DNA of 64,000 bases from Spongospora subterranea f. sp. subterranea (taxonomy: Eukaryota), in the NCBI GenBank assembly GCA_049724395.1, contig JAUGWO010000142.1, forward strand, positions 1 through 64,000, given 5' to 3'. Under the pieces are notes generated by a model. That model worked only from the letters and a program-made list of their open reading frames with translations. It was not told the DNA's origin and did no database searches. The position numbers and the translations under genes were made by a program. Position 1 is the stretch's first letter, and each line of letters starts with the position of its first letter. Shown one piece after another: positions 52,621 through 64,000 of the stretch.

Positions 52621-55203
52621 ATGGATGGTGATATCGAAGAGCGCGCTGTTCCCGATGTTGACGACATCCAGCGGATGTCCATCAGATCCGCCGCGGCCAT
52701 ATTAGATGGAATTCCTCAATCCGACCAAACCATCCGTCTCCTTTCGCGAATCTCATCCGCCGACACACTGGCGTCGGTCGCCATCTTCGAGGACCTCGAC
52801 CGTCTCATGCTGCTCATCGTGTTCGTTTCGCCAACGACCATCGAACCCGGGAATTACTTGCGCTCCTGGACGGCGTTGGCCAACGCCGTCGACGAGGCGT
52901 TCGCGGATTGGATGTTCGCCAATCAACGGGGATCGGTTCTGATCACCGGTTATTCATCCGCCGCCGCATTAGCCGTATTGGAAGCGGGTCGACTCAGAAC
53001 CCATCGCCAACTGGACAGCGATCAGCTCCGCGTCGTCACGTTCGACTGTCCTCGCATCGACGCGATCTGGAGCGATCTGGTCCCATCGACCATCCATATC
53101 GCCATCGATCCAAGTCATGTTCAGGGAGGGGTTCATATCCCTTTTGGGATGATTCACGTTGTCGCTGACGATCATCGGCCGATCACGGCCGCCGACTACA
53201 AATCGACGATCGCCGCATGGAACGGGGAGCTTGATTTCGGCAACGCAACCGGGTCAACGTCCGATCGAAAACGGCCCCGACTGTCGAACGACGATCCCCC
53301 CAGATCAATGGATCATCAAACAATGCGCCATCTTGTGCTCCAGCAATAGCGAGACCGCCCCTCTCTCTGGGCCGATCGCCCTGGAACGGCTGGTCAAGGT
53401 CAGAACGGGTGTCCAGTTGGCGTGTTTCCGAACCGATCAGGCCATTATCGTGGTGATCGGTTTAGACGCCCGATACCCGTTGGAATCGATATCCGTTGAT
53501 GATCTGGTCCCGTGGAATCACAGTCGATCTCATCGAATTCCTCGTCACCTGCAGACCTTATGGGATTCCATTCAGGACGAGCTCCTCCATCGATCGCTGA
53601 TCGATTCCATCACTGGCGACCCGTCGATTCCCATTATCTTCACCGGGTGCATTGTCAAATTGTTCGCCCTTTGTTCCGATTGTGTCGTTGACCGGTGTCG
53701 TCTCTGATCCAGGTTCGCCCATGGCGCTTGCATCGCCGTTCTAGCAGCAATGGCGATCGTGTCGCGACTGTCGATCGCCGATCGGCTCTCGCTGATCACG
53801 ATCGGCTGTCCGGCGGTCTGGACGAAACCGGTCGCCGATGCGATTCAGGCCGAGATCCCGAACCTGTACCGGATCGTGTATGGGAGCGACTCGTTGGCAG
53901 CGCCGTTGCCCAATCCAACGCTGCAACATATCGGGCGGGTTCTTCACGTCAGTACTCCGATATATCGCCACAACAAACGCCGATCTGCGATTTTCTTATC
54001 GGCGATTGGAACAGTTTCGGGAGACGGGCGACGTTCACAACGAGTTGGTTTGGAACACGTGGCACAAACCCGACGAGACCCATTCCGATATCGCCCTCTA
54101 TCGAGAATCGATCATAGCTTGGGATGGGAATATTCAGACCACCGATGGGTTGTCGAAATCGTCGAAGACCCAACGAAAACGGAACCGGAACCTGCTGCTG
54201 GAACAGGGACCGCACCGCGATCTGCTGGTCGACATGGCGGAGGTGTCGTGTTTGGTCTACGACGACGAGCCCCAGATTATCGCCAAGGTCGGCCAGATGA
54301 GGGCAACGCGCCCGTTCCGGCTCGTGGCCTTCCTCACGTCCGACGAGGACTGCGAGGTGGGCGTGTTCTGGTACGGCCCCGAGACCGGCCACGACCGCCG
54401 ATCTGGTCATCGCCTTTCGCGGGTCGTCGTCGGTCAAGGACATCTACATAGATCTGGCCACCAATCCCGTCCCGTTCGAACAGGTTTTTGGTAAAGACGA
54501 TGCGGCGCGAGTCCATCAAGGGTTCCTAATGCAGTTCATGTCGGTTAAGGATCGCCTGGAGAATATCGTCAAGGTTCGTGTTTTTTTTTCAGTCGTGTGT
54601 ATTGTTTTCGAAATCGTGTTCCGATCGTGTGCGCGCGTTTGCGCCTTGTACAGGAATATCAACATTTGTGTGATCATATCGTGGTATGTGGCCATTCCCT
54701 CGGTGCTGCCAACTCCATCCTGTGCTCGCTCTACCTGGAGAAGCGGTTCAACCTGGGTGAACGGCTGATACAGATTGGGTACGGGTGTTCGAGAATCGGA
54801 AACGCCGAGTTTCGCGACGCGTATAAATCCAGGGTGAAAAACGGGCCGTCTCTTTCGGGGGGTTTTCCTGTCGTTGACCACTTTACAGGTGCAGAATTCG
54901 TATCTGATCATCAATAACAACGATCTGATCACCGGCACGTTGATGATGAGCGCGTTCGCCCACGTTGGGCGATTACTCCATATTCGGCCACCGTTCGATC
55001 ACATGTTCGACGCCGTTCCGCCCGGGTGGAGCCCATATTCGGTGTCGGACCACAGCATCCTCAACTACATCGAACAGCTGCGGCGATGGTCGGGTCGCAT
55101 CATCCCGTGCCCCGAGACCGAGCTGATCATCCAGTCGCGATCGTCCAGTAATGATGATCGGCCCTTCACCCCGTTCGAAATCCTCTGCACATTCGCAGAC
55201 TGA
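52621..55203 (+). CDS. Protein with three tandem class-3 lipase domains (two degenerate, one intact); frameshifted in this assembly; 5' end may extend to ~52180
   Basis: Domain 1: LITGYSSAAALA..VVTFDCPRI. Domain 2: IIFTG.AHGACIA..ITIGCPAV..LQHIG. Domain 3: VIAFRGS, VHQGF, VCGHSLGAA, YGCSRIGN, NNNDLI, AHVG, DHSILNY. Frame changes near 53340 and 54395. Confidence 0.75.
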
Positions 55204-56601
55204 TTCCCATTCGATATAAAACATTATCCAAAGCATATTCGTGAAACTTGAACGGTCAACGTCGGTATTCTATTCGGTTCCTGGAAATTGCTCAACGTTT
55301 TATCAATCGATTGCCAGACAACGTCCTGAATGATCGACCCACAATCGTTAGTTTCGATATTGAGGTAATAATTGACGCCACTAGCAATGCGATTTTACAT
55401 TAATGTGCAAGTGATGTCTGTACGATGGTGAAGTTGTTTCTTACTATTTACGACTTGGATTTGATAACTGATGAGGCGGAATGTGGAAGTGGGATCAGTT
55501 TCGGCCATTGGTTCGATATCGCGCTTGGCGCTGTTAGCCAACTGGATCAATAACTGATATCATTCCCCGTTGTCGAAAGAGAACGGCGCTACTGTACCTC
55601 AATCACCGCTTTAGCATCTTCGCTCAGTTGGGCTTTGGTCGATCGATCGAAGTTTTGCCGGTTGACCTGGGCGCGTTGATCATGATCACAGACACCATCG
55701 AGGAAATGATGACGACCGTCAACGAAATACTATTGATCGACTTCATCGTATCTCTCCATTTACAGTTGTGTGAGAATCTCAATGAAAACCGATTAAGCGT
55801 CACCCTAATTTGGCAAAAACAAGGGGTTTTGATGACCCGGACCCACATGGACAATATCGCTCCACCGAATAGCTGGTCAAGATATAACGAATGGGCCGAC
55901 AGGGTCTCCAGGGGCATCGACTACACCAGATACGTTGAGGAGCGGATCGGTCGGCCGTTGGTCGGGGGCGTCGTTTGATATTCTGGGAGCACTGGGGGGT
56001 GCAGTATCGCCATGGCAGGATTGCGCCATGATCATCACCTGCTACGAACAGTCATCAAATCCTACTGATATATTTTCTCGCCGATATCGTTCTCCCTCTC
56101 CAATAGACAGCTGAAGTGCTTGCACCGGATTGCAAGATTTGAAGAACAATCCACAACGAATCAAGGCCAGGAAGGCCAATTGCTTCATGTATTCAAAATT
56201 AGCCAAATGTGCCACAATCGTTGCTCAACGTGGAGTTTGAGATGACTTCCAATCGTGTCTCGTATCACCTCATAAATATCGTCAAATCTATAGCGAAGAG
56301 CGCAAACGTATTGACGACGCTTTTGATAAATGAATCAATAACGGTGACGATTACTAGTTATCTAATGCGTTTTACATGTGGCCCTGTATTTCAAACACCA
56401 TCAAACAACGAAAAAGAAACTGCATTTATGAGTTGCTCCAGTATTCCCTACCATCCTGTTATGGACCAAAATTTATCGGTATTTCCTGTACATTTCGGTC
56501 CAATCAAAGATAAGTGGTCGTAATTGCAATATGAAGATTGAAGCGGTGTGAAGGAAGTGGCCCAGATTGGTTTCGGTTCAAGTCACTGTTGGCTGTATTG
56601 A

Positions 56602-57684
56602 ATGGCGTTAGAGAAGGCCAGGGCGATCATCACAGATGTTTATGGGCAATACAATGGCCCAGGTTGGGTCCCACGACCCTTCCATCGTAGAAGCCAGCGT
56701 TATCTCTGGAGCGATGCGTTCGGGGTCTGCGATCTGATATCGATGCACTATGCTAGCGGAGGGAGCGATACTCGATATCTCAACCAGGCCGACGATCTGA
56801 TCCTGGACGTCCATAACTCACTGGGCTGCGATCGATGGACCCGGCAGCGTCTGAAGAACGCCACCGATCACAATCCGCTCCTTGGTGGGCTTCGCATCGG
56901 TAAAGAAGATGAAAAAGAGGACGGGCAATATTTTCATTATTTAACCAAGTGGATGTTCGCCCTAAATCGAATGAAAATCGCACGAAACGATGAGAAATAC
57001 AACACATGGGCGATTCAGCTAGCGGAATCTGTTCATCCATATTTCGTTCACCCTGATGGCCGAGGAGGCAAAGCAATGATTTGGAAGACCGATGTCAACC
57101 TGAATCCATTAGTGCTATCGGAAGGGAATCTGGATCCGGTCGATGGTTTGGTGACATACCTGTTGCTGGTCGAGCAGAGCTCTAATGCCTGTGTATTACA
57201 GGTAGGGGACCGATCATGTGTTTTCCATTGTTTTGGTGCTGTTTACCGAATGGGGAGCTAACAGTTCACATAGCAAGAAATCGACGATATGAGAACAATG
57301 GTGCAGAGAAAGTCACACACCTTCAGCAGTACCGATGAGCTCGATATTGGGGAAGCGCTGTGGCTGTGTTCGTGGTTTCCGACGGAGGATTGGGCGCAAT
57401 CAATAGCGCAACAGTGCATTTACACCACAGATATGATGTTCAAAACGCAACGGTTTCAACGCCCGCATAAGACCAGGCTGATGTTTAGAGAGATGGGACT
57501 TACGTTGGGATTACAGTGCGCCATTAATTTCACAATGCATGGGGAATGGAAATCGCGGGTCGAAAGGTTACATAGTTTCTGGATAGACAAAATCTATTCT
57601 CGAGATAAGGATATATCTCCCTTAATGTATATATCCAGCATCCTCCCAGTTGTATTTCAGCCAAATCGTGGCCATCTTCTGTAA
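56602..57684 (+). CDS. Conserved uncharacterised protein (RYLWxDAF / GGLRIGK / DGQYFHYLTKWMFAL family), 1 intron
   Basis: The motifs RYLWSDAFGV, DVHNSLG, PLLGGLRIGK, DGQYFHYLTKWMFALNR, SEGNLDPVDG and RLMFREMG resemble a hypothetical family I recall from fungi and prokaryotes. Intron 57202-57273. Confidence 0.75.
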
Positions 57685-58899
57685 CAATACTCATGGGCGA
57701 ACGGCTGTTGTTCGTGTAGTAAGCCAAACAAGGCCTGGAGCCAGCGAATCAAGACCTGAAGCCAATTCGCTAATTTTCCGTGAAACACTGGTTTTCTGTG
57801 ATTAACAGCCACTGCTCAAAATATTTATCACGTACATAAACAAGCCAGTGCTCATCACGCGTGCTTGTGTCGAAAAACATCATGAAGTAGAATGTACCCA
57901 TGCTCGATTGGCAAGGAGAAATTAGCCAATACCACTACAGATGGGTCAATATTGCACTCACATATTGGGCCATGGGCAACATCAATCACATGCGTTCATG
58001 TGAATTCCGCTTCGGATCATGCTCCGAAAAGGCTGCTTAGACATTGAAAATGCAATGCATCCTGCTCGTATAAACAGGTTGTGCATTGTAGAATATAGGG
58101 CAGTGGTCTCTCTTGTTTCGCAGCACTTTCTTGTTGACGAATGATAATTCCAATTTGAACCTCAGCCTCGGGCCTCAACGACGTGGTCAATCACAAAAAA
58201 TCAGTTCCATCGTGGGGTTATTTTGAGACATTGCAAATCATTCCGATTACTTGTCTTCATGTACTATGATCGGTCGATAGCACGCAAAAACAAGGTCTTG
58301 GGCTTTTCGCCCTTTTTCGAAAATATCAAGCATTGCTGAAATGAGTTTTAAACTGTAACATGACCGACGATCAGCTCGCCCCATCCTGATGGGCATTTTT
58401 CAGAAAGCACCTGTTATCGCGGCTACGGGCGTCTCTCTAGACATTAACATTGTAGGAGTGGACAGAGAACCGTGATCCCCAAGGTCGTTAAATCACGACC
58501 ATCACATCAGATCGCAGGATTAGGAGTTGTGTCTTAAATCACAACGGTTAACGTGATCCCGTTTGAGACAGGAACATAAACTCACACTCTCACTCGGAAT
58601 ATAATGTTACTGACTTCGTTATATACAAGAAACATAGATGATCAATCAGTCACGTAAACGGCCTGTCTCGACAGGCACAACACAGATCCCCAAAATCATC
58701 CACGTCCAATGATGTTTCAGCTCCTCGTCGACTGTGTACATTAAAACACCTATAGTGGGGGTCCGTCCATACGACAGAGACACGTAAATAACACGAGATG
58801 TTGTAGCGTTTCACTAATCTCCAGGACCTTTCCTGTTTCGCTGACATTCTTGATAACCGGCTGTAGGGAATAGCATTAGATGGGATTCGTTTGCCAACA

Positions 58900-61601
58900 A
58901 TGAGTGATGATTCCGGGAATATCGTCAATCAGGAATCCACGGTGCGCTTTTTCGTCACCGAATACAAACATATCGCTCGCGATTCGATCCGGATTATTGA
59001 AGTGCAATTCAAGCAAAACAAGGTAATAACTCAATCCGGTTTGGTGCGCAGCGCTCCCAGGATCTATTGCATTCAGATTTTGATATTGCGGGGAAAGACT
59101 TGCCAGGTGCTGCACGAAGTCCCATTCAAACAAATTGAGGTAGGCGTCGTTGGCCAGCTCTGCTCGTCTATAAAAACAAATGCGCAAAATCTAGGCAAAC
59201 CATGAGGATGTCGACTTGGTAATCACGGCCAACACGCCGGAAAAGGCTCTTAAGTTGCACTTTGGATGTTCATCCTTGAAAAGTAATCTGGTTCAAGACG
59301 CTGCCAGCGCACGCTAATCAATGCCATAGGGGATTTTCTCAATTTTATTTTCTCAAGCCGTTGTTGATTCTCCCCGCTCGTTTTCTTATTTTCACACTGA
59401 GCATATGGAGGTGTGTCAACTGGTTCAGCGTTCCTAATCTCATTTGCTGGAATTCAGAAAGTTACGCTCATGGCTGGGGAAAGTATTTTGCTTAAGGTCA
59501 AGAGTTCAGGGGTTTCTTGCGCTCAGAGACCACTTGTCCATTCCTGTGTCTTAATTTTCACGAACGCCCGGATATTTTGCTGTGTCAAGCAGGATGAGGA
59601 CTCACCCTCTATCTTTCGCTGCATAGCGTTTTCGGTAAGGGTCATTGTTCCACAACGGTTGACATATTTCAAGGCAATTTCAGGTAATCTCTTATTTCAG
59701 TATTGCTGAAGTCGAAATTAAAGGGGACCGTCCGGTATTTTTTGTTTCCGTGAAAGATGGCAGAGAAATTATTTTCCATTTGGATAATGTTGATAGTGGT
59801 TTACGCGGTCAGATGTCGAAAATAATCGACGATCGCGCTTTCTTGTCAAATATTGAAGATGGCTTTGCGATGGCTCACTTTCGTCACATTCAAAATATGC
59901 GCCCATACGACGAACACCTTGTTCATTGTCTCACGTATCATCCAAGCATTGAGCAAGAGTATTCTCGACTTGGATTCAACAGCAATGACAAGTGGAGGCT
60001 TTCTAAGGCCAATCAGTAATGCAGCCTCAACTTGTTCTACTCCAGCCTGAACACATTGTAGGGATTTTGCATTATGCTCGAGTTACCCAGCATGTATTGC
60101 CGTTCCAAAAACGGTCCCGGATTCCCTTCTAGGCGACTGTGCTCATTATCGAAGCCAAAGCCGTATGAAATTTTCCAACGTCCTATGATATTGATATTCA
60201 TGCAAATATGAACCAGGTCTTCCGGTCGCCTGTTGGATGGCGCACGACGGTTGCGTCATCTTGCGTAGCTCGCAACCCCGACCTGGTTGGAGAGGTGCTC
60301 GGTCGTCTCCAGACGAGGTACCGTTGTTTCAACAATTTGATGACATCGTTAATGTCTTCGCAATCTAGACAGTCCTTAGGGAAGCTCGGCTGACAAACGC
60401 TCACTCTTCGGTCAGATTTTTCGCCAATTTTTGTGCCAGGTTGTAACAGGCAGAATATAGACCCTGGTTATTTTTGATTTGAGGTCTAAGATAGACGTGA
60501 TCGGGAATCAGTTTAAGGGTAAAGGAGGCGAAATTATGGGTAATTACCCATCCTGCCCTGTTATATATATGGGTATGAAAAATATACACGGAATTCGCCC
60601 CTCATTTCAAGCTGTGGTAATGTTATTTCGCATCATCAAAAAGTTGCAAAATTATCCAAGCATATCATAGACAGAGATGTGTCGAAACCCATGCGATACT
60701 ACATGGTTTGAGCGGCTTGATGCGTCTCGCTGGTTCCATCATATCAGGGAGTTGTTGAACGTAGCGATCCGTGTTGCTCAAGCTATAGTACAAGATGTAA
60801 GTCGAAACTTAGCGATTTACAATATATTCTGATTTCGAACACTCAGAAAGCCTCCGTTCTAATTCATTGCAGCGACGGTTAGGAATTCTCTGTTCAGTCA
60901 CCAACATGTTCTCAGCAGCGTGTATAGGATGGGATCGCACGAGCCAAGTCTCATCACTCTCCCAGCTACTGCTTGATCCATTTTACAGAACATTGGACGG
61001 ATTTACAATGTTAATCCAAAAAGAGTGGATGGAATTTGGACATCCGTTTTCTCTCCGTCATGCAGGTTTCTTCATTAGCAGACTATAAGAATCTCGTTAA
61101 TGCAGATTCACAGGCATAGGAAACAGCCGCAGACATTCATCAAAGTCTTCGACAGAATCGGCTCCAATTTTTATCTTGTTTTTGGATGCGGTGCATCAGT
61201 TGCTGAGGCAAAAGCCAGAAGTACTTGTTCATCACTGCAAAATGACATCTGAGCCTCAAATCATAGGTTTTTGAAATCAATTGCAATTTGCTGTGCTTTC
61301 TAGCCAGAGAAAGCCATAATGACAGATTCGGTAACTTTCTCTGCGACAATCCTCAGCGTTAGTATGGACAAATCAGAGTGATTTCTCGTTAACAAAAAAA
61401 TTGTTTCCAGAAAGAGCACAGCTGGGAGTCCAGCAAACAACCCTGTCAATTTGGCAATATATAAAGAACAACAGGATCGACTTTGTGGAGCCATCCTACA
61501 GGCCGACACCGGATCCAGTTTACCGGCGATTTATCACTATTATTCGAAGAATACTTCTTTGGGAAGAATATTTTTGCAAGTATGACCCAAGTTTTGAATG
61601 A
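58900..61601 (+). CDS. MTMR: Myotubularin-family phosphoinositide 3-phosphatase with N-terminal PH/GRAM-like regions, many introns
   Basis: [47 protein letters not shown] (active CX5R after splicing); [28 protein letters not shown]. Confidence 0.93.
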
Positions 61602-61694
61602 AATGAGAAAATAATAAGTTATTGAGAACATGAGCGTCAAAAATAAAGCCACGATCGTCAAACACGTATATTGAATAGTTGCAAAATCTAATGG

Positions 61695-62546
<852 letters not shown>

Positions 62547-63189
62547 TCAGAACAGCCCAGATTGGCGTTAGATCAGCGTGTCCAGCTAGACCACACACTA
62601 CACCCAACTGCCACTTTCGAAATGCTTTACCTGGACAGCGCATATTTGTGCACGCTCCATAATCTCATCCCATATGTACACTGAACTGTACCTAACGTCA
62701 CATCGTGGCTTGAACACGACTGACTGACAATGGATTAACAATTTAAGTGCATATGACGAGAGATCATCGGTTCTGGCGTGGCACCAGATTTAGCCACAAC
62801 GGTGCGCGTGACATGATGCCAGGGTATGATGCCAGGGTATGGATACCGGAATTGTAAGTTTATTGACGTTCTGGCAACGTGTCTGCGTAAATCGGAATTT
62901 CTTCTCCTGCCGTCTCCAGAAGACTGACAGAACCGGCAAGGCTTCCCGCATGGTATCGAGCTGAACGACAAAGGCAAAGTGCGCTCAGTTGGTGTTTTTC
63001 CCTGACCAAACACTAGAACGGAATCTGTTCTAAAACATTGGTAATTCGTACTTAATATTTATTGAAAACCCCCTCAAATAGCTCTGATTATATCGCATGG
63101 GCCTTCTGCTATGAAGCAAACCGTCCCGTTTATAGCGCATACTTTGTCTGTCGATTGCATTTCGATTTTGATATGCACAAATATATCGC

Positions 63190-64000
63190 TTAGGCCAACG
63201 CCAGCCTTTCCTGGTCCGGGAATCGTTTCTTGAGCTCTGTGACCTCGCGGTCCAACACCGCCAGCTGAAATTCCACTCGTTCACTGATCTCTTTCAGATC
63301 CTGAGCCATTCGATCATCTAACTCCTTATCATTGATCTGAGTTCACAGCAGATTTCAACTGAAGCTGTGGTTAGAATGAACGTTTTGACCGACATTGACC
63401 GCAACATCTTGCATTATCTCTAGTACGGTGCGGAGCTGGTTAGGGAGCCAGGTGACAATCGGCGACCCACCAGTCGCAACGGGATGATCCGAATACTTCA
63501 GGATATATTCCTTCGTGAAACTCCAATGTCTCAATCTGAAATTACGAACGCAATCGACCACCTTCAAGTACAATACTGCAGGTTGTGAGAAAAAGAGTCC
63601 CATCCCGAAAAATCATACACGTTCTGCTTACTCGATGATAATGGATCGTCCTGGGCGTATTTCCGTATATGTAAATTGTTGGCTTGATCTGCAACCCAGG
63701 CAACCCATTGAGAATGATTTGATGGGCGGTATGTTCGAAAGTCTTTGAGAATGTCGGTCAACGCGTTGGAAGGCATCGCTTCGGTAAGTTGAAGCAGGTT
63801 GTCTACGATGGCAATCTCACACAAAAGTTGATGATGGGATCACGCTCTCAATACTAACCGACTGTAGGAATCATCGAATCATTCGCTCCTGATTCGCCAC
63901 GATAAAATTGTGGTTCCTCAGACACACCTTCGTAGACCACACCTGGAAATAATTGAACATATAACATTACCAGAAATTGCGCTTAATACCATTAGGGAAC
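63190..64000 (-). CDS. Indoleamine 2,3-dioxygenase-like heme protein (3' part; 5' end outside the window)
   Basis: FYRGESGANDSMIPT; DFRTYRP..H; FRLRHWSFTKEYI (proximal His); ATGGSPIVTWLP (IDO GTGG-like motif); followed by a coiled-coil tail. Confidence 0.75.

Noticed and set aside
55628..55978. 116-aa ORF between the lipase and the conserved unknown gene
   Set aside because: It has a non-ATG start and no recognisable motif or supportable exon structure; at most it is a gene relic.

Overview
This is nuclear DNA from a compact eukaryotic genome, with mostly 40-60 nt GT-AG introns and very short intergenic spacers. It is not prokaryotic, and I saw no rRNA, tRNA or CRISPR array. A Rheb GTPase with four C-terminal transmembrane segments points to the SAR supergroup; a plasmodiophorid-like rhizarian parasite is my inference only. 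The window has two compartments. (1) 1-~13.2 kb is a nest of decayed transposons: IS630/Tc1-mariner-like, MULE/Mutator with terminal inverted repeats (TIRs), hAT, Ty1/copia and a mariner relic. The copia element has lost its 5' LTR and instead folds back into a ~1.2 kb near-perfect palindrome of gag. (2) ~14-64 kb is gene-dense: SLC35-like transporter, Y14/RBM8A, ALAD, AlkB-like oxygenase, NDUFA13, TM9SF, Rheb-TM, POP5, APE1, RPS2, mitochondrial IleRS, CTF4/WDHD1, ATE1, SLC25 carrier, Est1-TPR plus Regnase-type nuclease, TXNDC9, short ATG16, a triple class-3 lipase, a conserved unknown protein, myotubularin, Rab2 and an IDO-like protein. The most interesting items are the SMG5/6/7-type TPR domain fused to a Regnase-like RNase, two independent long fold-back structures (candidate small-RNA sources), the pseudo-pseudo-active triple lipase, and a recurrent intergenic TACAGTA/TACTGTA motif. 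Several single-base frameshifts in essential genes suggest assembly indel errors, so pseudogene calls are tentative. All gene models, alignments and counts were made by eye.
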